Source: an uncultured virus (IMG/VR IMGVR_UViG_3300035506_000159)
Lineage: Duplodnaviria; Heunggongvirae; Uroviricota; Caudoviricetes
Virus record (IMG/VR): IMGVR_UViG_3300035506_000159
Direction: 5' to 3' (one strand)
Length of the DNA: 64,000 nt
The first letter of the stretch is position 1. Each line of letters starts with the position of its first letter. The position numbers and the translations under genes were made by a program. Positions 1-10,584 of the stretch are shown in pieces. Below the pieces are notes generated by a model. That model was not told the origin of the DNA. It did no database searches and saw only the letters and a program-made list of their open reading frames with translations.

Positions 1-390
1 TATATAATCATTAGTTAAAGTATCCCATTTATAAATAGCATCATCCGCAACGTATAATGTATTCGTATCTCCCTGTGCGGGGAAAGTATCAACTCCTCCC
101 ATATAAACGGGATTTAAATTGTCAGGTGAGATTTGAGTCCAACCCTCTTTATATCGCCAAAGGATTGCAGTATTTTCTACAAAATAAAATCCTTCAACAG
201 GAGCAAGGACTGCTTTTCTATCTTCATCTGTTGGGAAGACTTGCACACAATTGTATGCAAGTCTTAACCCATTATAGTCTAGAAAGAGTTGTTTAGTATC
301 GGTAGTAAAGATTAATTGCCCATCTTTTACTTCCAAGGCGGATAGTCGGCTATTTACAGTTGCATACATTTTTACAATTGCATTAGCCAT
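1..390 (-). CDS. Partial hypothetical tail-associated protein (runs off window edge)
   Basis: Not in ORF track. ATG at 390 after GAGG; open for 130 codons (MANAIVKMYATVNSRLSALEVKDGQLIFTTDTKQLFLDY...) to position 1; co-oriented with neighbours. Confidence 0.75.
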   Translation of the reverse strand, partial: MANAIVKMYATVNSRLSALEVKDGQLIFTTDTKQLFLDYNGLRLAYNCVQVFPTDEDRKAVLAPVEGFYFVENTAILWRYKEGWTQISPDNLNPVYMGGVDTFPAQGDTNTLYVADDAIYKWDTLTNDYI

Positions 391-411
391 TAGCAAACCT
401 CTTTACTTTAA

Positions 412-1935
412 TTAAAATTCATTCATAACTAGAGCTGCATTAGCTACTGCTGTATCAGTATAGGAATTAGCTGTAGAAATAGCATTGGTTACATAACTTG
501 TAACAGTAACATCTGCATTTTCATCACCGCTAAAATCGCTACCAAGTCGGCTATCAATATACTGTACAGCGGCATTGTAATTGGTATCTCCACTAGTTTG
601 TATATCTTTAATCTTAGTGTTGACATATCCTACAACAGTAGAAGCGTCTTCAAGATTACCAATTCTATCACTTATAGCAGATGTAACATCAGAAGAAGTA
701 GCATAGTCTCCTAGTGCTTCTGTAATAGCTGCGGAAACTTCATCTGCATCTTGAAAACGATCATCTGCATCAGATTTAGTATAATAACTTTCAAGAGCAG
801 TCTCAATTGCAGTATTAACTTCAGTAGAAGTAACTTTAGTATTAAGATTTTCAGTAATTGGTTTTAGAAGTTCATCAACAGCAGCAGAGGTATAATAATT
901 TTCAAGAGCATTGGTATCTGCTTCAATCTTAGTTTCTAGAACTTTGTCAATTTTTGTACGCTCTTCAGTAATCTTATCATCGACAGCAGAGAGAAGTTCA
1001 TCTTGAGTAAGCTTATAAGTATCAAGTTGCTTTTTATTCTCATGAGTATGTGCTTTATCAATTGTATCTTGAAGAGACTCAAGAGAAACTGTAGAGTCCT
1101 TAATCTTTTTACCAGTTAATCCGTCAAAGACTGCGATATTTGCATCGATAGCAGATTCTGGCCCAATAACAAATTCTGAACCATCAATATTAACATTGAC
1201 TACAATAAAGTCAGAGTCTTGTGCGTTTTCAGAATCAGCAACGACAATGATCAAATCGCCAACTTCGCAAACCTGTCCTGCATAAGTGCCAGCTTCAGTA
1301 ACACGGAAAGTTTGACCAATTTTAACTTCAGATGGAAGTTGAGTTTCAGAATTAACAACACCAACAGTGAAAGAATTGATACCATTAACTAGAGCATCAA
1401 CATAATGCTTAGTTGCAGCTTCAAGGTCTTGAGTTGGGTCTGCGGCAAGCTTAACGGAGCCAGTAAATTCCGCGCCAGATAAAGCTGCATAGTTTTCAAA
1501 TTCAGCTTTTAGATTAGCAAGTTGTTCAGAAAGAGAGCCATCTTCTTCAGAAGTAACATCTTCAAAAACAACTACGAAATCAGAGCCATTATAGATATAA
1601 CCTTTACTTTCGCCAGTAACAATATAAACGACGCCTTGTTCAGGAGATGTTATAGAAGCAAGATTAGTAACAACTTGAACAAATTGCTTCATTTGAGATT
1701 GGTCAACACCAACCTTTTCTAGTGAATAATTACCAGCTTCTCCTTGGAGTACATAAGTTTCATATACACCATTTTGTAGAACCTTGATAGTTTGACCAGC
1801 ATAGGCATTTGCAGCCTTAGCATAGACTAGCGCTTCCTCATAGGAATCCCAAACTTCAGAAGCATCCAAAGGCAAGGCATTACCACGAGAATAGGCTTTA
1901 ACAGCAACTAGAAGATTCTTAGATTCAATAGCCAT
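412..1935 (-). CDS. Putative tail fibre/spike-associated structural protein
   Basis: 507 aa, GGAGG RBS; fibre-like segments (GAEFTGSVKLAADPTQDLEAATKHYVD), helical C-terminus. Confidence 0.55.
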   Translation of the reverse strand: MAIESKNLLVAVKAYSRGNALPLDASEVWDSYEEALVYAKAANAYAGQTIKVLQNGVYETYVLQGEAGNYSLEKVGVDQSQMKQFVQVVTNLASITSPEQGVVYIVTGESKGYIYNGSDFVVVFEDVTSEEDGSLSEQLANLKAEFENYAALSGAEFTGSVKLAADPTQDLEAATKHYVDALVNGINSFTVGVVNSETQLPSEVKIGQTFRVTEAGTYAGQVCEVGDLIIVVADSENAQDSDFIVVNVNIDGSEFVIGPESAIDANIAVFDGLTGKKIKDSTVSLESLQDTIDKAHTHENKKQLDTYKLTQDELLSAVDDKITEERTKIDKVLETKIEADTNALENYYTSAAVDELLKPITENLNTKVTSTEVNTAIETALESYYTKSDADDRFQDADEVSAAITEALGDYATSSDVTSAISDRIGNLEDASTVVGYVNTKIKDIQTSGDTNYNAAVQYIDSRLGSDFSGDENADVTVTSYVTNAISTANSYTDTAVANAALVMNEF

Positions 1936-1961
1936 GTTCTTTTTCCTCCTTTACCTTTGAA

Positions 1962-2963
1962 TTAAATAGTAACCTTGAAAGTCATGCCAGCTGCAGCGGG
2001 AGTAGCCATACCATAGGTATAAACCTTATAGCTAACTGCATCCGCACCATTAGCACCTTCAACATCGATAGTACTTTGGGTAAAACTACTAGCCATACCA
2101 GTGTCATTAGTCTCAACATACATTACTTGACTAACGTCACGAAGTCTGGCTGGATATGCAAAAACAACGTATTGTTGACCAACAGCAATGTTAATACTGA
2201 AGGAAGTATTATTATTAGGATTAAGAGCAGAGCCACTAAGTGCGCGGATAGCCGCAGAATCTAGTTCAGGAACAGAGCCAACGCCAGCACCGTAAAAATA
2301 TTTACGTTGACCAGTAAAAATTAATGACTTTGAAATTGAACCTGCTTCAATATGTCCATCTGGAGAAGCATCTCCGAGGTTATCGTTTTCAATTGGACCT
2401 TCTTCATATGTGGCGGTTACGGTGAACTTAAGTTCACCTTCAGATAGAGTAAATGTTTCATCTTCAGCAGAAACAGTATTCGTATTACTAGATGCAATTA
2501 ATGTATCTCCCTTTTTCAATGAAAGAGTTACAATATCGCCTGCCTCATTTTGATTATATTTACCAGTGATAGTTGATGTAATACTTTCTCCAACTTCATA
2601 AGCCATAGCTTTTTTAGTAGAAGAAATTTCAACAGTAGGAGCGGTATATTCATGAGGAATACGTTTAGTAAGCATTTGTTTTAAAAGAGCAGTTAAATCA
2701 GTTCCTGCAGTAATAGTAGTTTCATCAGTAAGATTGCCAACAGTAGTTCCTTTAACGGTAATATCTTCTTTTACCTTAGCACTACCAAGAGTACGAGGAA
2801 CGAGCTTAGTAGAATCATCAGTAGTTTCTTCGGCAACATAAACTAAATCATCGTCAGTTGTGACAACGAAGTCAGAAGCGGTAATATTGCCAGAATCAAT
2901 GTTATCTTGAATCTTGGATTCATCACCGTGGAAAAAGTGAATTACTTGTTGATTATCACTCAT
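1962..2963 (-). CDS. Beta-rich putative structural protein
   Basis: Start re-assigned to ATG 2963 (AAAGGAGA RBS), 333 aa, Thr/Ser/Gly-rich. Confidence 0.55.
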   Translation of the reverse strand: MSDNQQVIHFFHGDESKIQDNIDSGNITASDFVVTTDDDLVYVAEETTDDSTKLVPRTLGSAKVKEDITVKGTTVGNLTDETTITAGTDLTALLKQMLTKRIPHEYTAPTVEISSTKKAMAYEVGESITSTITGKYNQNEAGDIVTLSLKKGDTLIASSNTNTVSAEDETFTLSEGELKFTVTATYEEGPIENDNLGDASPDGHIEAGSISKSLIFTGQRKYFYGAGVGSVPELDSAAIRALSGSALNPNNNTSFSINIAVGQQYVVFAYPARLRDVSQVMYVETNDTGMASSFTQSTIDVEGANGADAVSYKVYTYGMATPAAAGMTFKVTI

Positions 2964-2981
2964 CCGTTTATCTCCTTTCAA

Positions 2982-3674
2982 TTATTCCATTTCAGATATA
3001 TAAATGCCAACCGCATTTTCGGTATTGACAACTTTATCTTGTAGTTCTAAAACTTTTTCATAAGCAAAATTAGCTTTTTCATTTGCTTCTTCTGTTTTAT
3101 CATATAAATCATTAATATTATCTAATTTTTCTAATTTATCTGCGACATCTACAAGTTTTTCTTGAATTTCTGCAAAAGAAACTTGCATTTGTTCAAATTC
3201 TTCTTTTTGTGCGGCAATCTGGTCACGTGCTTCTTTGGCTGCACTAGATAAATCAATAATTGCATTTTGAAAAACAGTATAATCATCACTTACTACAAAG
3301 TTTGAACCATCATCAGGGTCTTTAATAACATGAATTAAAAAGTCTACACTTTGAACGATGCTGATAGAATCTACTAGTTTTATACAAGCTAGAACATTCC
3401 CTTCCCACAGCATACTTTGTGGATAACTAATTTGCCAAACTGGAGGTGTATCTGAAATTTGTTGAAATATATTTAATCCACTAATATCTTTTTCTTCGTG
3501 ATGCCAACTAAGATATACCTTTGTTTCTGGAGTGAATTGAGCAGCAGCTTCTTGAGAAAATATAATTCTTAAAGTGCGGCCATTGGCATCTCCCGCGCCT
3601 GCTGTAATAGGGTCAGGAATATTTTGGTCCATTGACTTCATATTAATAGTTAATGCCCTTAATTCTTGTGCCAT
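2982..3674 (-). CDS. BppU-like upper baseplate domain protein with coiled coil
   Basis: 230 aa; N-terminal GDANGRTLRI motif typical of BppU_N-like domains; heptad C-terminus; TAATG coupling to upstream gene. Confidence 0.5.
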   Translation of the reverse strand: MAQELRALTINMKSMDQNIPDPITAGAGDANGRTLRIIFSQEAAAQFTPETKVYLSWHHEEKDISGLNIFQQISDTPPVWQISYPQSMLWEGNVLACIKLVDSISIVQSVDFLIHVIKDPDDGSNFVVSDDYTVFQNAIIDLSSAAKEARDQIAAQKEEFEQMQVSFAEIQEKLVDVADKLEKLDNINDLYDKTEEANEKANFAYEKVLELQDKVVNTENAVGIYISEME

Positions 3675-4243
3675 TATTGTTCACCCCAATCCTCTTCTTT
3701 GCGTTTTTTAGTTTGGAAATCAAATCCGCTTATTGTTTTAAATTTTTCCAATCCTTGCGTAGTATTTAATGAAAGCTTTGGCAATTCACGAATTTCCGCA
3801 ACTAGATTGTCAATATACGTATCTCCTCCAGCATTTTTATAGTACAAAAATTGTCTTTCAATACTTTGAAGGTTAATGTCATCAATTGCACCAATTTCAT
3901 AACAAAAGTGATGGTGTTTATCAATAATATAAGACCTTGCTTGCTCTTGGAGCCTTTCGGTAGTGAGGGCAGATTCTTTTTCAAGCTTACGAACAACTTC
4001 GTTTAAATTATCTAACTTGGCATCGATAGACTTAATATTTTCACCAACAGTCTCTAAAGTATCGATTAACTCCACGTTTTTGTCCTTTTGTGCTTGCTGT
4101 CCATTAAAGTAATTTTGGAGCTTGGCGTAAAACCAACCCAGAAGCTCCGCAATATATTTTATCGCAACTCCTATCATTATAATGAAAATTATAATGGTTT
4201 CAACGGAGTATTGCGATAGTAAATTTTCTAGAGTACTCAACAA
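3674..4243 (-). CDS. Putative holin-like membrane protein
   Basis: TTG start with AAGGAG; N-terminal hydrophobic helix (IIIFIIMIGVAI), coiled coil, C-terminal Y..AGGD.YI motif; directly downstream of endolysin. Confidence 0.6.
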   Translation of the reverse strand: MLSTLENLLSQYSVETIIIFIIMIGVAIKYIAELLGWFYAKLQNYFNGQQAQKDKNVELIDTLETVGENIKSIDAKLDNLNEVVRKLEKESALTTERLQEQARSYIIDKHHHFCYEIGAIDDINLQSIERQFLYYKNAGGDTYIDNLVAEIRELPKLSLNTTQGLEKFKTISGFDFQTKKRKEEDWGEQ

Positions 4244-4265
4244 TACTCCTTTCTTACTTTGTCAA

Positions 4266-4314
4266 CCTATTTAATTTCAAAATAAACATATATCTTTTCA
4301 TCAGTTTTGCCCAA
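4266..4314 (-). promoter_or_regulatory. Putative phage late-promoter motif copy
   Basis: TTGGGCAAAA-N22-TTTTGAAAT..TAGG; same arrangement at three other intergenic sites. Confidence 0.55.
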
Positions 4315-4350
4315 TAAAAAAAGGGTAGATTGTTTATCAATCTACCCTTT
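4315..4350 (-). terminator. Intrinsic terminator after endolysin
   Basis: AAAGGGTAGATTG-ATAAA-CAATCTACCCTTT followed by T run. Confidence 0.85.
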
Positions 4351-4361
4351 CTATTTATAAA

Positions 4362-5285
4362 TTACTTAAAAGTACCAGCATTAAGCTTCTTTTGCATTGC
4401 CATAACACAAGAGCTACCCTTACTAAGAATACCATCTTGAGTAGTTCCCATCTTCTTTTGAAGAGCCTTTACAGTGGTGGGGCCAAGAATACCATCTGCA
4501 TCACTAATTCCAAGCCACTTCTGCATTGCAATGATTAGTTGTGAACCCTTTGGATTGCTAGACCATTCAAATCCACTAGTGCAAGCTAGCAGGCAACGAG
4601 TACGTTGATATTCAGATTGGCTAGAAACAATACCATCCTGAGTAGTACCAAATACTTTTTGAAGAGCCTTGGTAGTAGCAGGTCCCCAATAGCCATCTAC
4701 AGTTAGAGAAGAGCTGCTAGAACTTGAACTAGTGGTTGTAGAGGTGCTACTTGAATTGCTAGAAGTGCTAGTAGAAGTAGTAGTAGTGGTACTAGAAGTT
4801 GTACCATTTAGGATTTGAGACTTTAGAGTTGCCCACTTAGAGCTACTAACATATGGAGCAGGGCAAGACTTGCGGCTAGCGTCATAGTGACGTACAACAT
4901 GATCAGAATCTACGCTATAGGTAGACATTAATTGCCGCACTAGTTGACCTAGATAATCAATTTCCTTAGCAGAAAACTCTTCACCATTGGAAACAACTTC
5001 AATACTTATGCTATTGGCATTAGTAATACCATACTTACCCTTGCCGTCTCCCACGGCCCAAGAGTACTTATTTGCAGGATCGGCATTATACTGCCAAACA
5101 CCAGTGTCATCAATGAAGTAGTCAGCACTAGCGTTACGATTACCGCCAGAGAAATAAATACAATTATTCTTAGCAGAACCAGTTCCACCAGTATAGTGAA
5201 CTACAATATACTTAATTGCACTCTTTCCACCTGAACGAGTGGAGAGGTTATATGAACCGTTATATTGATTAATAGTTAATGCCAT
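4362..5285 (-). CDS. Endolysin: N-acetylmuramoyl-L-alanine amidase (Amidase_2 type) with peptidoglycan-binding repeats
   Basis: IVVHYT, SISIE, VVRHYDASRKSCP zinc-amidase motifs; Ser/Thr linker; repeated DG..GP.T.KALQ binding motifs. Confidence 0.9.
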   Translation of the reverse strand: MALTINQYNGSYNLSTRSGGKSAIKYIVVHYTGGTGSAKNNCIYFSGGNRNASADYFIDDTGVWQYNADPANKYSWAVGDGKGKYGITNANSISIEVVSNGEEFSAKEIDYLGQLVRQLMSTYSVDSDHVVRHYDASRKSCPAPYVSSSKWATLKSQILNGTTSSTTTTTSTSTSSNSSSTSTTTSSSSSSSSLTVDGYWGPATTKALQKVFGTTQDGIVSSQSEYQRTRCLLACTSGFEWSSNPKGSQLIIAMQKWLGISDADGILGPTTVKALQKKMGTTQDGILSKGSSCVMAMQKKLNAGTFK

Positions 5286-5306
5286 TTTTCCTCCTCGGTA
5301 TTTATA

Positions 5307-6269
5307 TTATGGTTGAATCCAGATAAGTATATTTGATTTATCTTTTTCAGAGTTAAAATTTTCTTCTGTCGCAATAACTATATTGCTTAAACTAGTATCT
5401 AATCTTTTACTGCACGCTTTTGGAATACCTTCGTTAAAATAAACTGGTTGAGTTTCACTTCCCGCGCTATCAGTACTTAATCTATCAGCGGTATTAGCTG
5501 ACAATGCAGTTCCAGCATAATACGGCGTATAAGAACTTTCTGTTATATCTTCACCATCTTTTGGCTCAGATATAACTACATACATACTACCTGCTGTACC
5601 GTCTTCTTTATTTATAAGTTGAATTGTATCACCAGTTTGAAAAGGCTTTTCTCCTTTTGCAGCTGAATTATATACAGATGAAGCTTCATCTAAGTTTTCA
5701 TATCTAACAATTCTTTCAAGTGCTCCTTGTGGAATAGAAGCCAGTGGAATAACAAAAGGTTCAGTACTAGCATTTTCCTCGCTACTAGTTGGTTTATCCC
5801 ATAGAATATTGTCAGCATATATCTTTGACAATGGTATAGTAATTGAGCCGTCACATAAATTTGAAGCAACAATATTAGATGTTACTATTTTTTCTTTTTC
5901 ATCTCTAAGAACTACTGAATCTGATGTTTGAAAAGATACTGTATTAGATAGCTTCTCTGCATACTCAGCAGTTCCTATTAAATTTCCTACAATACCTCCA
6001 CTGAATGTAACTTCACCAGCAACAGTTTGAGAACCTGTATCTGTCATGCTCAATTTTGTATCTACATTAGCTTGAACAGTCTTTACTGCCTTTGGAGTAG
6101 CTGCAACACTGTTACTTACATCAGAATCACTTGAAGTAGAATCAGAAAGCTTAACATCACCAAGGATATTATCAGTTGCTTCAGGAGCAACATATACTGG
6201 AACATAATAGCCTAGATTTTCATCATAGACTTTCATTGTAAAATTAATTTTTTTATTTGTATCAGCCAT
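5307..6269 (-). CDS. Tail fibre protein
   Basis: Phage tail-fibre repeat motif G.VKLSDSTSS....AATPKAVK. Confidence 0.65.
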   Translation of the reverse strand: MADTNKKINFTMKVYDENLGYYVPVYVAPEATDNILGDVKLSDSTSSDSDVSNSVAATPKAVKTVQANVDTKLSMTDTGSQTVAGEVTFSGGIVGNLIGTAEYAEKLSNTVSFQTSDSVVLRDEKEKIVTSNIVASNLCDGSITIPLSKIYADNILWDKPTSSEENASTEPFVIPLASIPQGALERIVRYENLDEASSVYNSAAKGEKPFQTGDTIQLINKEDGTAGSMYVVISEPKDGEDITESSYTPYYAGTALSANTADRLSTDSAGSETQPVYFNEGIPKACSKRLDTSLSNIVIATEENFNSEKDKSNILIWIQP

Positions 6270-6284
6270 ATAATATCACTCCTT

Positions 6285-6632
6285 TTATTCATCTTCTTTT
6301 GGCTCGTAGCCAATATCAATTAATGCATTACTTCCTAAATTTCTTTGAATATAGATAGTACATTTTTCCAAAGATAAATCATCAAACTCTAACAAGCCAG
6401 TTTGATTAACTCTATAGCTATTAGTACTTCTATTGATATAGAAATCAGGAGATAAGTCAAAAGTAATAGTAGAACCTTCAGGAGCTATAAAAAATGGCTG
6501 CTTTCTATTTGGAATTTGAACACCGATATGCCTTATTAAAAATCTTACATCTTCATCATATCCAGTTATCGGAGGATTAACTTCAATACTTTGCCCATTA
6601 GTAAATGGGCCTTTGAATTGTAAATATCTCAT
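6285..6632 (-). CDS. Hypothetical tail module protein
   Basis: 115 aa, AAGGAGG RBS, TAATG coupling. Confidence 0.65.
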   Translation of the reverse strand: MRYLQFKGPFTNGQSIEVNPPITGYDEDVRFLIRHIGVQIPNRKQPFFIAPEGSTITFDLSPDFYINRSTNSYRVNQTGLLEFDDLSLEKCTIYIQRNLGSNALIDIGYEPKEDE

Positions 6633-9403
6633 TAATATCCTCCTTGTGATTTATTGTCTTGTGGTATTAATATCCAAGGAGTTGGAAGAGGGTCTTGGTC
6701 TTTAGGTATATTAGGAGTATTAAATTGAACTAAACCAATGCCATTTTTATTCAACATACCATCTTCTGACGTATTTGGAATAGATATATCCATATTTAAG
6801 AATGGTAAATTATTAGATACTGTACCATGATTTTGATATAAAATAATATCTCTCATTGATGAATCAGCAAGACTGCCTATTTTAAACCAGCCCTTGTATG
6901 CCTTATCTTTTACAGTACTGTCAAATCCATAAAATATTCTTAAAACATCACCATTATCAGATGCTATAGGTGGAGTATATATAGCAACTTTTCCATCATC
7001 GTAGCTTTGAGGATATTTATAATTTAAATATTCAATTATAAGATTATCATCGATTTTACTAGTATAATCAGCATTTTTAAATATATCTTTTTCTTGTGCA
7101 TCTTTATCACTCTGTATTATATCATTAGTTATTTCTAAGCCAACTAAAATTCCAGAAGTGTCTCTAACGCTACCAAAGTTTCTATAATAAACATTTTGAT
7201 ACCCATCTTTAGGATATTTTATGTTATTTCTATATGTTGCATACTCATTAGGATTTACTAAGTAAGCTGCTGTCCATATATATCCTTTATTATCAGTATC
7301 TTCATCAGGATAAGTGGTGCTGGCAAGACTTCCATCGTCATCATAGGTTTTCTTGCCTGTGTAGCGTTTACTTTTGTCTGAATATAAAATATAAAGATTT
7401 TTAAGACTCGAAGAACTATTTCCTGATACGGGGTCAGTAATAATTCTAACATCTTCAATACCATTAATAGCAGAATCATCAATCGTTTCAGGACCAGTAT
7501 TATATTTTACTTGAAGATTTTTATCGTCATTAATACCTGTACCTATAAGGCCAATACTTTTAATATATTTCAGTTGGAAATTATTGTTCGTTACTGAACC
7601 ATTTTGTGCTATTTCTTTTAATGAAAAAGATTTCTGTTCCCCTTGGTCATCCTTACCATTAGTATAAAAAGAAATTATACCGTTATCAGCTATTCCAGCT
7701 TTTTCAATTTTTTCCAACGCATTTTCAAATGTTGTTTCAGTTTGATTGCTAAAAACAAAAGTTAAATCTGCATCTTCATTCTTTACCTTATATGGGAAAA
7801 GCAATTGACAAGAATCTGCTAAATATTCATCTATATAATTACCTTGGTCATTTTTCTTTTTTAAATTATATGTAAAGGTAATAGTACCACCTTTTGTATT
7901 TAGTACTTGTACAATTTCTTGTTTAGCATCATCATATTCATATACTTCAGTCTCAGGATTATTATAATCAATACCTCTTAAATACTGAATTGGATTATTA
8001 TCATTCAAAATAATTTTTTCATCATTAGGTTCTTTATTTTCATTTACTCCATTTGTATAAGTATATGAAACTAAGCCTGTAGAATCATCGTATTCTACTT
8101 TTTTGGGTAGATGCAATGTTTCGCTATAAATAGTTTCTCCACCAAGACTATTATTATTTAGTTCAATAGTAAATATACCAGTTTTCGTATCTAGAGATAT
8201 GCCTGTTATCGTTGTAATTGCTTCTTCAAAAATATCGCTATTATCATACGTATAATCAAAATGTATAGTACCATTATCTTCGATATTAACATTTGCTATA
8301 CTGTTATAATCACCAAGATATATATAATATTTTTGTACTGGTTCATCATCATATATATCAGTAGTATAAATTATAATCTGTCTTGATTTATTATCTTTTT
8401 CTTCTACAGAATTTTCTTTTTCAAAAAGATAGTTTAATTCATCTGCTGAAAGACAATCATCTGGATTCACTGAAGTAGTATATGTTGTATCTTTTTGATT
8501 TTCATCATTAATATATTTACCAGTAAAAGCAGTCGGTCTATAAATGCGCACATCACCAAGAGCAAATTCACCCTCTGAATTTTTAATAATCACTTTTTCA
8601 ATTGTGCTTGCTGTTTCATTATTTACTGGAACTAAGTTATAATTACTGCCCTCTATCTTTGCTTTATAAATAACAATATTATTTAAGCTATCGCCTTTAA
8701 CTCCTTTTGGAATTTTTAAGTCCCATTGCTGATGGAAAGGTTGCCTTTTGCTATCTTTTCCAAGCATTGTTTCAACTGGTTCAGTATTTTCTTCATATGG
8801 ACTAACTATTGTAGAAGTGAAATCAATCACGTTATATGGCATTGTAAAACCAACATACATAAAAGAATCATTTTCAGAATTTAAGCTTCTGAAGTTAACC
8901 CATTGCCATTGGATTTGATCGCCACCATCTTCGTCACCAGCAATTAGATTATGGCTATCCACAGTAAATTTTTCTGTATATAAATCATTAATGGTATCTG
9001 CGGCACTAGTAAGAGTTTTATTAACTAATTTCTTTTCTGCATTTCTATAATATACATTCGGAGAATAATTAGTAAAATCATCATATTTTGCAATCTTATT
9101 ATTTACTGCTGTTTTTACACCAAAAACATCATCATCAGTTGGAGTGGCTACTTCGATTAATGGAGTACCACTCGCGGGACCAACAATTTGTCCAATATAT
9201 TCTCCACCAGTAGTACCTCTTCTATAAATTTGACCATTCTCACTGTCATTTTTATTTGGGGTATCAATAATGCAATATTCTCCATACCAAACAGTAGTAT
9301 AATTTGAATCTTGTTCAAAAGCTTCTTCCATCGCTGAAGTAGATTCAAAGGAGGTTTTAATTACAAACGGGGTTCCTGGCTGGCCTCCATAAAAACTATC
9401 CAT
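6632..9403 (-). CDS. Large tail/baseplate-associated protein
   Basis: 923 aa, AAGGAGG RBS, position in tail module. Confidence 0.55.
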   Translation of the reverse strand: MDSFYGGQPGTPFVIKTSFESTSAMEEAFEQDSNYTTVWYGEYCIIDTPNKNDSENGQIYRRGTTGGEYIGQIVGPASGTPLIEVATPTDDDVFGVKTAVNNKIAKYDDFTNYSPNVYYRNAEKKLVNKTLTSAADTINDLYTEKFTVDSHNLIAGDEDGGDQIQWQWVNFRSLNSENDSFMYVGFTMPYNVIDFTSTIVSPYEENTEPVETMLGKDSKRQPFHQQWDLKIPKGVKGDSLNNIVIYKAKIEGSNYNLVPVNNETASTIEKVIIKNSEGEFALGDVRIYRPTAFTGKYINDENQKDTTYTTSVNPDDCLSADELNYLFEKENSVEEKDNKSRQIIIYTTDIYDDEPVQKYYIYLGDYNSIANVNIEDNGTIHFDYTYDNSDIFEEAITTITGISLDTKTGIFTIELNNNSLGGETIYSETLHLPKKVEYDDSTGLVSYTYTNGVNENKEPNDEKIILNDNNPIQYLRGIDYNNPETEVYEYDDAKQEIVQVLNTKGGTITFTYNLKKKNDQGNYIDEYLADSCQLLFPYKVKNEDADLTFVFSNQTETTFENALEKIEKAGIADNGIISFYTNGKDDQGEQKSFSLKEIAQNGSVTNNNFQLKYIKSIGLIGTGINDDKNLQVKYNTGPETIDDSAINGIEDVRIITDPVSGNSSSSLKNLYILYSDKSKRYTGKKTYDDDGSLASTTYPDEDTDNKGYIWTAAYLVNPNEYATYRNNIKYPKDGYQNVYYRNFGSVRDTSGILVGLEITNDIIQSDKDAQEKDIFKNADYTSKIDDNLIIEYLNYKYPQSYDDGKVAIYTPPIASDNGDVLRIFYGFDSTVKDKAYKGWFKIGSLADSSMRDIILYQNHGTVSNNLPFLNMDISIPNTSEDGMLNKNGIGLVQFNTPNIPKDQDPLPTPWILIPQDNKSQGGY

Positions 9404-9420
9404 ATATTTTTACCTCCTTA

Positions 9421-10566
9421 TTAACTATTTGTAGATGTATTTTTAATATATTCATAATCAATTACAAATGAATTATTAATTTGTTCAGATGATAAATTAG
9501 TTGTTTGAGTGCTTCCTGCATTGAAACAGTAGCCAGAATAAGAACCAGATGCAATGCCGATAGATGTAATTGGGATTGCATCAAAACTAAATTGACCGCT
9601 TGGTCCAATTCTCATTTCTTCTCCATTAATAATCATCATCAAGCCAGGATTTCCATTAATTGTCATCTTGGATAAAGAAGAAAATGAAGAAGAATTTTCA
9701 AAATTTGGAATAATATTATTTACTAAATACAATGCATAACCAACGTTATCTGGATTAACATATCGTCCCGCAACTTGTTCATTGTTAATACTATTAACAA
9801 TATTATTATCTGCGGAGTCTCTTGTAATTTCAAACCACACACAATCTAAATCAGTTGCTTCGATTCCAACTTTAAACATTAAATCAATAGTAACATAAGC
9901 ATTACTAGACTCAGATTCAAATACAGAATTTAATGTAGCATAGCTTAGTTGCTTAATTTGTTTTAATCCTGCTACTTTGTTACCAGTACTATTCTCATAT
10001 TCTACCCCAATATAAAAAACACTAGCATTTGCATATGTAACATCACTATGATTTAAAATATATATCTGGTCAACTGTAATTTCACCTTTTTGCGGGTCAT
10101 AAAATACTGGGGTATAGTATCCATTCTTATCAGATTCTGTAACGTTAGCTACGGTATCTTTATCTACAATACAAGTAGTTCCTTTTCCTTCTGAATTAAT
10201 ATAATAAGCTACTCCTACCACTGTATTAATAGCAGTTTCTGGAGAAATAGTAATTTCTCCTAAATATTGATAATTATATCCAACTGACCCTGTTGCAATA
10301 GAATCATAATTTACTAATTTCATTGTTAGCTCTAATGTATAATTTTTATCTTTTGGAATTTGAACTCTTAAATAATATTCAGAATTTGGAATAAAATTTG
10401 TAATTTCATCTCCTGTATTGTCAGTGGTATTAGGTAATTGTAAACCAAAATCTCTATATATATTTTGAATTTCAACAGCTGTCAAACTAGAACTTTTATT
10501 TACAAGACATGTATTTCCAGTAGCTCCTGTATATCTATATTGTCCCATTCCATGAGATGTTGCCAT
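9421..10566 (-). CDS. Hypothetical tail module protein
   Basis: 381 aa, AAAGGAG RBS. Confidence 0.6.
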   Translation of the reverse strand: MATSHGMGQYRYTGATGNTCLVNKSSSLTAVEIQNIYRDFGLQLPNTTDNTGDEITNFIPNSEYYLRVQIPKDKNYTLELTMKLVNYDSIATGSVGYNYQYLGEITISPETAINTVVGVAYYINSEGKGTTCIVDKDTVANVTESDKNGYYTPVFYDPQKGEITVDQIYILNHSDVTYANASVFYIGVEYENSTGNKVAGLKQIKQLSYATLNSVFESESSNAYVTIDLMFKVGIEATDLDCVWFEITRDSADNNIVNSINNEQVAGRYVNPDNVGYALYLVNNIIPNFENSSSFSSLSKMTINGNPGLMMIINGEEMRIGPSGQFSFDAIPITSIGIASGSYSGYCFNAGSTQTTNLSSEQINNSFVIDYEYIKNTSTNS

Positions 10567-10584
10567 TATAATCTCCTTTTATTT